Position numbers and translations under genes: made by a program. Positions 18,725 through 27,585 of a stretch of 64,000 bases of DNA are shown here, piece after piece. Positions within the stretch are counted from its first letter, which is position 1; every line of letters begins with the position of its first letter. A model generated the notes under the pieces. The model had not been told where the DNA came from. It made no database searches and saw only the letters and a list, made by a program, of their open reading frames with translations. This DNA comes from Planctomycetota bacterium. GTDB lineage: Bacteria > Planctomycetota > Brocadiia > JAADGH01. Location of the stretch: contig JAADGH010000162.1 in the NCBI GenBank assembly GCA_013152475.1, positions 45,994 through 109,993 of the forward strand. Reading direction: 5' to 3'.

Positions 18725-19730
18725 TGTACCCGCAGTGAACATCGATGTCGGACATATCAGCCTTCCTGAACCATTCCCGCACTGTGTCGACGGTTTGTGG
18801 ATTATCGTACACCGGGGACAGCATGTCAAATGTGTCGAGGGTCGCCCACTCGGTCAGCAGTTCTTCCGGCAGGTCGCATATCCCATAGTAATCGGCAATG
18901 AGGAGTCTCCAGGCCAGACCCCGTCCGCAGGGCAGCCGGCGGAGAAGCCGCGCCACGGGCCACATGGATCTGATGTATGCCTCACACCAGGCGTACAACC
19001 TTTCCGCTGGTATTCTCCTCGTGAACAACCGGACCCAGTACTTGGTCATGAGTGCCTGTCGGATCGCTCCCCGTCGGCGATAGACATCGACGACCAGGCT
19101 GCCTCCGTTTTTGATGTATGGGGGCAGTGCCATGAACGATTCTTCCGGGCTGGGGGTGTGCTGGAGCACGCCAAAGCAAAACAGCTTGTCGAAGAAGTTC
19201 TCCCTGAATGGCATGCGCCGCAAATCGGCCTGCACAATAAGGACGTTCTCTCTGTCTCCGTTGGAAGCGTAGTTTGCGTCGACGGCACTGCTGTAGTCGA
19301 CCGAAATGACCATGGCGCCGGTTGAGGCCGCCTGCTCTGTGAACCTGCCCGATCCACTTCCCACCTCAAGGACAAGCTGTCCGTCCAGCCGACGCGGCCA
19401 CTTGGTTTCTTCGAAGAACCGCGTCTCGGATATGTTCACTCCGGTATAGCTGTCGTACTGTGTTCGTGCGTGCTTGTTCCACTCCAGACCGAAATTGCTG
19501 GCATAGTTCTCTGCGGGAACGAAACGGGGGATATGCCGAACGATTTCATATGTCTTCTGACACGTTATACACTGCAGACGCCCTGTTTCAATAGATGACC
19601 CGGTCGCAACGTGTCCTCCGAGTATATCGAGACCGCCCTTGCAGCGCGGACAGACCAAATACCTCAAGTGTTCTTCACGCACGGCTGCCTTCCCGCGAAC
19701 ATGCTGAGCGCGCCCGATCCCTTTTCGCAT
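18690..19730 (-). CDS. SAM-dependent methyltransferase with N-terminal Trm112-like zinc ribbon
   Basis: LRYLVCPRCKGGL...LQCITCQKTYEIVRHIPRF followed by VLEVGSGSGRFT, ADLRRMPFRENFFDKLFCFGVLQH, GGSLVVDVY. Start is ATG 19730 or GTG 19682, the latter overlapping the upstream stop by 8 nt. Confidence 0.8.
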   Translation of the reverse strand: MRKGIGRAQHVRGKAAVREEHLRYLVCPRCKGGLDILGGHVATGSSIETGRLQCITCQKTYEIVRHIPRFVPAENYASNFGLEWNKHARTQYDSYTGVNISETRFFEETKWPRRLDGQLVLEVGSGSGRFTEQAASTGAMVISVDYSSAVDANYASNGDRENVLIVQADLRRMPFRENFFDKLFCFGVLQHTPSPEESFMALPPYIKNGGSLVVDVYRRRGAIRQALMTKYWVRLFTRRIPAERLYAWCEAYIRSMWPVARLLRRLPCGRGLAWRLLIADYYGICDLPEELLTEWATLDTFDMLSPVYDNPQTVDTVREWFRKADMSDIDVHCGYNGVEGRGTKSE

Positions 19731-20868
19731 GGAGAACGCGCAGAACCTCGCGGCTGAAGGTTTCGGCGCGCGCCCGCCACGAATTCTCTCTTGCGAATTG
19801 CTTCCGCTCTTCTCGAAGCGACGGCGAATCTTCCTGAACGGCGCGTTCGATCGCCGAAATAAAGCCCTCGACACTTTCCGCCGTGTGGACGAGCCTGTCT
19901 CCATACCGCAAGACGTCGTGAAGCGGTCGGGAAATGACCGGCAAGCCGCACGCGAGATACTCGAGCAGCTTGGCGGGGTTGACATACTTGGTAAAGGCAT
20001 CCATGGTATATGGGATCAGTCCCACATCAAAGGCGTTCGTGTACTCCGGCACCCTCTCGTACGGCTTCTGGCCAAGGATGAAAATGTTCTCAGGCTTGTC
20101 CGCCCCGAACGCTCCCTGTTCGATGTTGCCGATAAGAACGAAAGAGTAGCCGGACAGCGCCTTTGCCGCGTGCCGGATAAGGTCCATGTCAAGACAGGCA
20201 TGCATCGCGCCCACATAGCCGGCCACGGGTCTCGGTATCTTCTTCATCTCCGGGGGCGCGGGCAGATCAGCCGCCTGGAAGTGGTCCACGTCCACGCCGT
20301 GGGGAAGGTGGATCATCCTGCGCGCCAGCGCTCGCTTCTTGCGCCATAGATTCTCCGACGGCACGAAGCTCACATCGGCCCCGGAGAGGAGCTTTCGTTC
20401 CATTTCCTGCATGAGGACACGATTGACAAATGGCATCTCGACATAGTTGTCCATGTAGCACGCCACCAGCAGGCGATGGGGGACCACATCGGCATACTCG
20501 ATAGCCGTGGGCACGGACATGACAACAATAGGCTTCTGAAACCCCAACGACTGCATTTTCCTCCGAACAAAACCTCCGACAATTCGTTTGTTGAGACCCC
20601 AACATAGCCGAGAGCGATACAGTGGAAGGACCGCCGGCGAAACAGCGACGATCCCGGGGTTTGCGCTGCGAGGCTGGGTGAGAACGTCCAAGATTTTTGT
20701 CATGCCGCGTTTCAGATCGTACCGCGAGAACCGCGGGGTTCGCTTGCCCACCGAGTTGACCCAAAGCACTCGGTTGCTCTCCGCCAGCACCGTTATGATG
20801 CGCTGGACACAGTCCGGGTGTCGGCCGTAGTCCGTTCCGAATACGACAATATCTGCGTCTCTGAGCAC
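19675..20868 (-). CDS. glycosyltransferase, GT-B fold (family 1/4-like, TuaH-like)
   Basis: VAGYVGAMHACLDMDLIRHAA..SFVLIG...FDVGLIPY....VNPAKLLEYLACGLPVIS. GTG start 20868 with GAGG 5-6 nt upstream. Confidence 0.75.
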   Translation of the reverse strand: MLRDADIVVFGTDYGRHPDCVQRIITVLAESNRVLWVNSVGKRTPRFSRYDLKRGMTKILDVLTQPRSANPGIVAVSPAVLPLYRSRLCWGLNKRIVGGFVRRKMQSLGFQKPIVVMSVPTAIEYADVVPHRLLVACYMDNYVEMPFVNRVLMQEMERKLLSGADVSFVPSENLWRKKRALARRMIHLPHGVDVDHFQAADLPAPPEMKKIPRPVAGYVGAMHACLDMDLIRHAAKALSGYSFVLIGNIEQGAFGADKPENIFILGQKPYERVPEYTNAFDVGLIPYTMDAFTKYVNPAKLLEYLACGLPVISRPLHDVLRYGDRLVHTAESVEGFISAIERAVQEDSPSLREERKQFARENSWRARAETFSREVLRVLHAKRDRARSACSREGSRA

Positions 20869-20894
20869 CTTACCTCGCTACACGTTACGGGCCG

Positions 20895-22040
20895 TCACGG
20901 CTGCCTCGCACCCCGCCAGGTGACCCTTTGCCATCCAAACACAAACTTGACGAAGCCGAGAAGAACGGCCAGGTTGATGAAGCAGAAAAAATACGGCATC
21001 TTCAGCGGGCCGCATGGCACACGGACGGCGTCCAGCAGCCATGCCCCAAGACCAACGGTGTAGAAACAAATCTGTGCGGCGAACAAGACGCCGTACGGCG
21101 CGTGGCCAACCAAGAGAGCATTTGTCACCAGTGCGCTCAACAGAAAGAAGGGGCTCGCGTGGCGAAGCCACTTGTGAGAGAACAACTGCCATGCGATTGG
21201 AGACCGCACCGGATTCAGAAGGCTGCGGAAACGCCACAACGTCTGAAATGTGCCTGCGGCAATCCGAGATTTTTGGCGAAGGAGTTGGCGGACATCCCTT
21301 AGGGACTCTTCGTAAGCGATGGAATCGCTCGCAAAAACCACTCGTGAACCGTTCTGTATCACCTGCAAGATGATTGCGAAATCCTCAGTAATGCTGTCGG
21401 TCGAAGGAAAAGGATACCGGTCCCGTCGCACCGCGAATATGGCCCCGTTCGCTGCCGTGCAGGAGTGGATGGCGCTCTCTTTCGCCTTCAGGAAATCTTC
21501 GTACCGACGGTGCAGGATATTGCCTCCTCCAATGGCCTTCCCTCGACTTCGCATTTCAAGTCTGCCACACACCGCCCCGACGGCATCCTCGGCGAAGTGC
21601 TTCACGAGTTCCCGAACGGCAGCCGGCTCAAAGGAGGTGTTTGCATCCGTGAAGACGACAATAGGCGACTTGATCTCTCGAATCGTCTTGTTCAGGACCG
21701 ACACCTTTCCTTCGCGTTCCGGATAGGAAAAAAGGCGGACGCGCGGGTCATCGAAACTCTCGACCTCCTCATCCGTTCCATCGGAGCATCCGTCGGAGCC
21801 GACGACGATCTCCAGTCGGTCTGCTGGATAGTCGGCATCAAGGGCATTCTGGATCCTGCCGCGGATTACGGACTCCTCGTTATACGCAGCGATGAGGATG
21901 CTGACCTTCGGTGGGTCCATCGCTTTGCCGGGAAGGTCCTCGCGCCGGCGGAAAGAGGCCACGATACCGAGCAACATGGGATAGCCGGCATAGGTGTACA
22001 GGAGCACGGAAACCGATAACCAAAAAAACAGTTCAACCAT
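20895..22040 (-). CDS. membrane-associated glycosyltransferase family 2 (GT-A)
   Basis: N-terminal TM, then VSILIAAYNEESVI, VVGSDGCSDGT, FTDANT, C-terminal TM helices. ATG 22040. Confidence 0.9.
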   Translation of the reverse strand: MVELFFWLSVSVLLYTYAGYPMLLGIVASFRRREDLPGKAMDPPKVSILIAAYNEESVIRGRIQNALDADYPADRLEIVVGSDGCSDGTDEEVESFDDPRVRLFSYPEREGKVSVLNKTIREIKSPIVVFTDANTSFEPAAVRELVKHFAEDAVGAVCGRLEMRSRGKAIGGGNILHRRYEDFLKAKESAIHSCTAANGAIFAVRRDRYPFPSTDSITEDFAIILQVIQNGSRVVFASDSIAYEESLRDVRQLLRQKSRIAAGTFQTLWRFRSLLNPVRSPIAWQLFSHKWLRHASPFFLLSALVTNALLVGHAPYGVLFAAQICFYTVGLGAWLLDAVRVPCGPLKMPYFFCFINLAVLLGFVKFVFGWQRVTWRGARQP

Positions 22041-22205
22041 GTGGGCCCGCCAGCATCGTCCTGTCGGTGTACAGAAAAGGCGAACCAGAGCCAGCGCAAG
22101 CGGACTCTGGAGGAGAGCAATGGAGCGCCTGCCGAATGCGCTCCTTCCACTGACGCCTGGCTTCAGCCAACCTGCGACGCCGCTTTTCCAACAGCGCTCC
22201 CTGAC

Positions 22206-23615
22206 TCAAGACCCGGCGGCTCCCTTCTCTCCGATATGCCCTACGGAGCGACCGGAAGCTCTCCTCGATCTGGAAGGTGGACCGTAACACACCGCGACGG
22301 AGAGAACTATCAGCACCTCAAAGGGCACACTAAGCCCCGGCACGAACATCACCCCGATGCAGGAACCGAAAAGGGCCAGCAGCAGCGCCTGTGCCAGACA
22401 TTCTCTCCCGCCAAAAACGCCGGTCTTTTCTCCTGAACGTACAACGCGGAATAGGCCCTGGAGCGTACATAAATGCAAAGCCAATATGCTGAGGATACCG
22501 GCCAATCCTGTCTCTGCCATCACCATGAGATACTTGTTATGGCAGTAAATCCACTGCCTTCCCCACGGAGACTCATACCTGAAGTCCTTCCGACGGTAAT
22601 CAAGATAGGCCCGAGCAAAACAACCCGCCCCAACACCTGTCAAAGGATAGTCGCAGAACATCCTCAAGGCGCCCCTCATCAGGGCGACTCTGTACCGTGC
22701 TTCGGGCAGGTCCCCCAACTCCAACATGCTCATCTGCCTTGAGAGCCGGCCCGTTGGCAGAAGCAGCGCGACGGCAAGCGCCGCGACGATCCCCACGGTA
22801 ACGGCTCTGTGGATGAGGCGCCGAGGGGAGAGAAGGACCCAAACGATGATCATCGCGATCAGCGCCAACAACGTGCCGCGTGAACCGGTCCTGATTACAC
22901 CGAAACCACAGACGCCAAGTATCCCGACAAGCAGGAATCTGACCAAGGGTCTTCGGTAGGATGACAGCATCCCCAGGGCAATCCCGACGGACAGGACCAA
23001 CACGATGCCAAAGTCACTGTTGCCGGCGGTGTCAAGCGTGATTCCCCCTATCCGAGCGCGATTCGTTTGTGTCACCAGGGCCCAAACGCAGGCGGTGGTG
23101 TAAGAGGCCATGCAAAGCCATAGGGAGCGGTGAACCAGCTTGAGTGATCGAACGCAGCTTATGCACACCAGGAACACGATCAGTTCTCTGCACTCCGTGA
23201 TAAATATCCTGAACGAGTAGCCCGGATAATAGGAAAATGGCACGGAGAGAGCGATTGCGCCGACCAGCCCCACACTTGCATAGAACTGGGGAACCCGGTA
23301 TCGCCATCGGTAGCCCGAGGAAAGCAGCCCGGCCAACAACGCCAACTTGGCCATCATGGCCAGGCGTGCACCGCGAACTATCGGCCAAATTTCCTGCGGA
23401 CGGAAGGCAATAACAAACACAAGCAAGAGCCAGGGCACGGTCACGAGGAAGCTCTCTCGAAAACCTGCCGCGTGATTCCGGGCCTGCGGGGAGGCGTGTA
23501 GTCTGCCTGCGCCATTGGTGATGGCTTCGGTGGCTTGTGCTATTCTCTCTGCCGAAGTCATTCCCTTTCCGTAGGCGTTACGTTCCCCGTTGCAGCGACA
23601 TTGTCGTCGGCTCAT
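22206..23615 (-). CDS. O-antigen ligase/Wzy-like polymerase family membrane protein
   Basis: Multi-TM protein with the Wzy_C-type motif VIRTGSRGTLLALIAMIIVWVL and a periplasmic loop. ATG 23615 (alternative 23561). Confidence 0.75.
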   Translation of the reverse strand: MSRRQCRCNGERNAYGKGMTSAERIAQATEAITNGAGRLHASPQARNHAAGFRESFLVTVPWLLLVFVIAFRPQEIWPIVRGARLAMMAKLALLAGLLSSGYRWRYRVPQFYASVGLVGAIALSVPFSYYPGYSFRIFITECRELIVFLVCISCVRSLKLVHRSLWLCMASYTTACVWALVTQTNRARIGGITLDTAGNSDFGIVLVLSVGIALGMLSSYRRPLVRFLLVGILGVCGFGVIRTGSRGTLLALIAMIIVWVLLSPRRLIHRAVTVGIVAALAVALLLPTGRLSRQMSMLELGDLPEARYRVALMRGALRMFCDYPLTGVGAGCFARAYLDYRRKDFRYESPWGRQWIYCHNKYLMVMAETGLAGILSILALHLCTLQGLFRVVRSGEKTGVFGGRECLAQALLLALFGSCIGVMFVPGLSVPFEVLIVLSVAVCYGPPSRSRRASGRSVGHIGEKGAAGS

Positions 23616-23651
23616 GTCGTGGAATCACACCACGCTGACCGTTGCAGGCCG

Positions 23652-25379
23652 CTATTCTGTTTCTCCTGTTCTTGGCGGCCTCAATGCGTACACGGAGAAG
23701 ACCGGGCCTCTATGCAGCACGCCAGGCCCGAAAGTCGCCAGGCGGCGCGCTGGTGAATCTGGCGCATCCAGTGAATCGTAGAACTTGGCGCTCACGGGAA
23801 ACTGATCGGCCACTTGCTCCTGAATGAATTCTCTTATGCGTGAGCACGTTATGATATACTGAAACCCGTTTTGCTGATAGTACTCCAGAGGCTTCAGCTC
23901 CTTCCCTCCCATTGTTGAGGTGATATCGTATGTCTCTCGCGGCACGGTCTTCATGCGGAGCCGGTAGTAGGTCAAGGCATATGAATCCCACTTGCGGCCG
24001 ATGGGGTCCACATTTTCCCCTCGCTGCTCAAGTTCGCGCTGAAGCCTTTCCATCGTCTCCAGGATGTTCTCCCGCGATTCTGGAATGTCCGGGGCATAGT
24101 AGTTCACATGCCTTCCCGAGTCCATCAGGACCTTGGATCCGGGAGGGATGTTGCCCTTGACCCAAAGCTCGGTCTGTTTGCGGGTGCTGTAGCCGGTATA
24201 GGAGAGCAGCAGCCTGGCGGTCCTGTACACCGGGAAGGCAAGCGCGCAGATCACAACGCCCGCGCGCCATACCGTCTGCCATCTGCCCCTGACCCACTCA
24301 AAGGCGTTGTACATCCCCACCCCTGCGAGTATGCTAAGCAACGTCAGGCAGTAGAGGGCTTGGTGCTGCGACAGAAGGCACTGCTCCCGGGCAGAACCCA
24401 TCACCAGCATAAAGCTCAACGCCCCAAGTGCAATGATCAGGATCGACGGCTCGCGCCGCTTTACGCCAACCAGGCATCCGAAGACTGCAAGCGCGCAAAG
24501 CGGCACCCCCAGTTCGCTTAGCGCGGCCTTGAAATAGAAGACCGGGAACAACAGGGGACCATGCAAGGGTTTGGGGCCGACCTTGCCACAGTACCACTGA
24601 GCAGAGGTCCACATGTGCGACAACCACGCTCCCGGTGCGACGACGACCACGGGATTTCCCAACAGAAAACCCAACACAAACCCACCGAACGCAACAAGCA
24701 AAGGCCGAACCGCCACCACACTCCGCCAACCGCCGCCGTCTCGCACTCGCACCCAGATGTGGGCGGCTATCAGGCAGGGGGCCACCATGATCCCTTGTGG
24801 CTTGGTCTGGCAGGCCAAGCCGAGGAACACCCCCACCAGCAGGTAGTTCCATGTGCTCGGGCGGCGGTAGACGATCCGCAGCGTAAAGAACATCACGAGA
24901 AGCACCATAACCACAAGGGTCGTGTCGACCGAACCAACCTTTGCGAAGTGTACGATCACAGGACAGAATACCGCGCCTAATGTGCCAAGAACCGCCGACT
25001 TGCCCAACCGGCCGAGGATAGCGAGTCTGTAGCAGAGCCATATGCACAGGGTCGACAGGATGACGTTTGTAAACCGGGATATCAGCAGGAGCGGACGTGG
25101 TTCCCTTACGACTTGCGCTGCGAAATCCATGGGACTTTCGCAGGCGTTGAGGAGACGGCGCACGCCATAGTAGCCTCCATACTCGAGCGCAAGACCATAG
25201 CAGTAGACCCGCTTGACAAAGCGGTTCATATTCGGATGTCCGGCGCAGATGCGCAACGCCTCCATCGTTTCGATAAGCTCGAGCGATGTATCGGCGTTCC
25301 AGACGCCCCATATTCGCAGAGCGAATGCCAGAAGCAGGATCAGCAAAATAGAGCGTTTATTGGTCTTGGCCTGGCGCAT
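23652..25379 (-). CDS. GT-C fold membrane glycosyltransferase (ArnT/PMT family 39/83-like), tentative
   Basis: N-terminus SILLILLLAFALRIWGV followed by ~11 hydrophobic helices and a ~170-aa soluble C-terminal domain. Sits two genes from a polyprenyl-phosphate GT2. No diagnostic motif verified by eye. Confidence 0.45.
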   Translation of the reverse strand: MRQAKTNKRSILLILLLAFALRIWGVWNADTSLELIETMEALRICAGHPNMNRFVKRVYCYGLALEYGGYYGVRRLLNACESPMDFAAQVVREPRPLLLISRFTNVILSTLCIWLCYRLAILGRLGKSAVLGTLGAVFCPVIVHFAKVGSVDTTLVVMVLLVMFFTLRIVYRRPSTWNYLLVGVFLGLACQTKPQGIMVAPCLIAAHIWVRVRDGGGWRSVVAVRPLLVAFGGFVLGFLLGNPVVVVAPGAWLSHMWTSAQWYCGKVGPKPLHGPLLFPVFYFKAALSELGVPLCALAVFGCLVGVKRREPSILIIALGALSFMLVMGSAREQCLLSQHQALYCLTLLSILAGVGMYNAFEWVRGRWQTVWRAGVVICALAFPVYRTARLLLSYTGYSTRKQTELWVKGNIPPGSKVLMDSGRHVNYYAPDIPESRENILETMERLQRELEQRGENVDPIGRKWDSYALTYYRLRMKTVPRETYDITSTMGGKELKPLEYYQQNGFQYIITCSRIREFIQEQVADQFPVSAKFYDSLDAPDSPARRLATFGPGVLHRGPVFSVYALRPPRTGETE

Positions 25380-25452
25380 CGTCTTTCAGGGGAGTCCAGA
25401 ATGCTCCTTGTTTGCCACGAAATTCGTGACGGGCTTCCGGCCCTGTCGGCCC

Positions 25453-26166
25453 TCAGGACATCGCCACCACGTAGAAATTGGTTGTCAGGAATATGGGCAG
25501 CCGTTCCCACGGTCCGTTTGCGAAAAGAAAATTGAACGGGAACGACATCTGGCTTATTTTGTAGGAGCTCAACGGCGGAATCCTCACAAACTTTACATGA
25601 GAAAAGCCCGCCAACGGCAAGATTCTCTTCAGACCCCAGCACGACTGCAGTGAAGGATGAAACGTCTTCCAGTTCGTTCCCGGTCCCACAATCTTTCGCC
25701 GGACTGTCTCGAAGGGAACATTGGTTAGGATGTTCGGCGTTTGAATGAGGTATCTCCCGCCCGGCACAAGAATGCGTCGGACTTCCTCCAAATGCCGTCT
25801 TACGTCGGGCAGATGTTCGAGCACATCAAAAGCAAAACATTCGTCAAACGAGTCGTCCGGGAAGTCCAGGTCCATCGCCGACATGCAGCGCAGGTCGACG
25901 CCAGGCACTCGCCTCCTCGCTTCGGCGATGGCGACCTCCGATATGTCGATTCCCGTGATTTTCCGCAATCCCCATTCGTAGAGGACTTGGCACAGGTTCC
26001 CGATACCACATCCAATGTCCAAGATGCGTTCATCCTTCTCTGGGAAGCCAACCCTCTCGATAAAGCGCACGGTCAGTTCCAGGTCACCGAAGTCCTTCCC
26101 CGCGTCCAGCAATTCAGTCCACGTATTGTCGTAAAAGAGATGGCTACTCTTCGATTTTGCCGGCAT
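25453..26166 (-). CDS. class I SAM-dependent methyltransferase
   Basis: ILDIGCGIGNL, ITGIDISEVAI, DDSFDECFAFDVLEHL, LVPGGRYLIQTPN. ATG 26166. Confidence 0.85.
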   Translation of the reverse strand: MPAKSKSSHLFYDNTWTELLDAGKDFGDLELTVRFIERVGFPEKDERILDIGCGIGNLCQVLYEWGLRKITGIDISEVAIAEARRRVPGVDLRCMSAMDLDFPDDSFDECFAFDVLEHLPDVRRHLEEVRRILVPGGRYLIQTPNILTNVPFETVRRKIVGPGTNWKTFHPSLQSCWGLKRILPLAGFSHVKFVRIPPLSSYKISQMSFPFNFLFANGPWERLPIFLTTNFYVVAMS

Positions 26167-26175
26167 GGGTCTCCC

Positions 26176-26544
26176 TCATGGATACGCACACAAGTTCATC
26201 TCTTGCCATGGAAACAGTTCCAACTTCCACAAATAAACATGTTCAGAAAACCCCTGTTCGGATAGCCGAGAAAGGCATTCAGCAACCTGTACCGCGGGGG
26301 AATCCTGCCCGGGAAGAAGCAGGTAAAGAGAAGCGAAGTACATCAGAAGACGCGGAGCCGTAGCGCTCCACCAGTCGATGTCCGTAATGAATCCCGGCCG
26401 ACCGCCCAGAAGGTGCAGAGCCCTTCTCTCTATGGCAACGGTTTGAAAGCCCTGACAGGCTCGCGGTCTCATTTTATCGAGGGGCCAATCGAAGAAAGTA
26501 CTCGGAAACTCCTTTCCCATACGGCACGGCTGCGGTTGATACAC
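26176..26544 (-). CDS. hypothetical protein (no recognisable domain)
   Basis: Fills the 26167-26550 gap exactly between two operon genes on the same strand. First codon is GTG; the alternative ATG is 26520. No motif recognised, so coding status rests on operon packing only. Confidence 0.4.
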   Translation of the reverse strand: MYQPQPCRMGKEFPSTFFDWPLDKMRPRACQGFQTVAIERRALHLLGGRPGFITDIDWWSATAPRLLMYFASLYLLLPGQDSPAVQVAECLSRLSEQGFSEHVYLWKLELFPWQEMNLCAYP

Positions 26545-26550
26545 AGAGGG

Positions 26551-27585
26551 TCAACCCTTGTTGCGGCCCACATCCTTGCCGCCGGGACCAAGGATCGTGC
26601 GAATGAAATAGGGCCGTTTGCTCTGGCTTTCGTAGTAGGTTCGAACGCCAATCTCTCCGAGAAGGCCAATGCAAACGAACTGAATGCTCCCCATGAACAG
26701 CAGCACCGTGAGAAGCAGCAATGGGTTGCCGGTCATATCCACACCGGAAACGACCTTCAAGAACACGGTGGCGGCGCCCGAGACGAAACCGGCGAAAAGG
26801 GCGCCCAAACCAAACAATCCGAAGATCTGAAGGGGACGGGTCATAAACCTCAAAAGGAAACTCACAGTAACAAGATCCAAGACCACACGAACGGTTCTGG
26901 ACAACCCGTACTTGGTCCTGCCCGCTCGGCGTGGATGGTGTTTGACCGGTATCTCCGTAATCTTCGCCCCGGCCCACTTGGCCAGCAGAGGAATGAATCT
27001 GTGCATTTCACCATACAGGTTGACCGTCTTGATGACATCTGCCCTGTATGCTTTCAGTGTACATCCGTAATCGTGCAATCGGATCCCCCCAACCCTCCCG
27101 ATCAGCCAGTTGGCTATTACCGAGGGAAATCTCCGGGACAGGAGTCCGTCCTTTCGTTCTTTCCGCCAGCCGCTGACAATATCATAGCCCTCATCGAGCT
27201 TTGCCAGAAGACGGGGAATATCGGCAGGGTCGTTCTGGCAATCTCCGTCCATTGGGATGATTACCTTGCCGCGAGCGTAGTCGAAGCCGGCGCTCATGGC
27301 CGCACTCTGGCCAAAGTTGCGCCGGAAGCGTATCACGGCCACATGCTCGTACGACTCGTGGATTTCCTGCAGCCGGTCAAACGTGCCGTCTGAACTGCCG
27401 TCATCCACAAAGATCAATTCGTGCGGCCCAGCCACTTCCTTTTCCAGCACCGCTTTGATGCTGGCGCAGAGGGGAAGGACGTTCTCCTCTTCATTGTACA
27501 CCGGCACGACCACGGAGACTTCCATTGGGCTATTCACAGTTGTCACGGGTCTTGCGGCCTCATGGTGCGGACCGATTTCCATCAA
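26551..27585 (-). CDS. polyprenyl-phosphate glycosyltransferase, GT2 (GtrB/ArnC/DPM1-like)
   Basis: VSVVVPVYNEEENV, LIFVDDGSSDGT, IPMDGDCQNDP, SGWRKERKD, two C-terminal TM helices and the GEIGVRTYYES tail typical of GtrB/ArnC. The track start 27585 is TTG; ATG 27525 (MEVSVVVPVYN) is a plausible alternative. Confidence 0.9.
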   Translation of the reverse strand: MMEIGPHHEAARPVTTVNSPMEVSVVVPVYNEEENVLPLCASIKAVLEKEVAGPHELIFVDDGSSDGTFDRLQEIHESYEHVAVIRFRRNFGQSAAMSAGFDYARGKVIIPMDGDCQNDPADIPRLLAKLDEGYDIVSGWRKERKDGLLSRRFPSVIANWLIGRVGGIRLHDYGCTLKAYRADVIKTVNLYGEMHRFIPLLAKWAGAKITEIPVKHHPRRAGRTKYGLSRTVRVVLDLVTVSFLLRFMTRPLQIFGLFGLGALFAGFVSGAATVFLKVVSGVDMTGNPLLLLTVLLFMGSIQFVCIGLLGEIGVRTYYESQSKRPYFIRTILGPGGKDVGRNKG

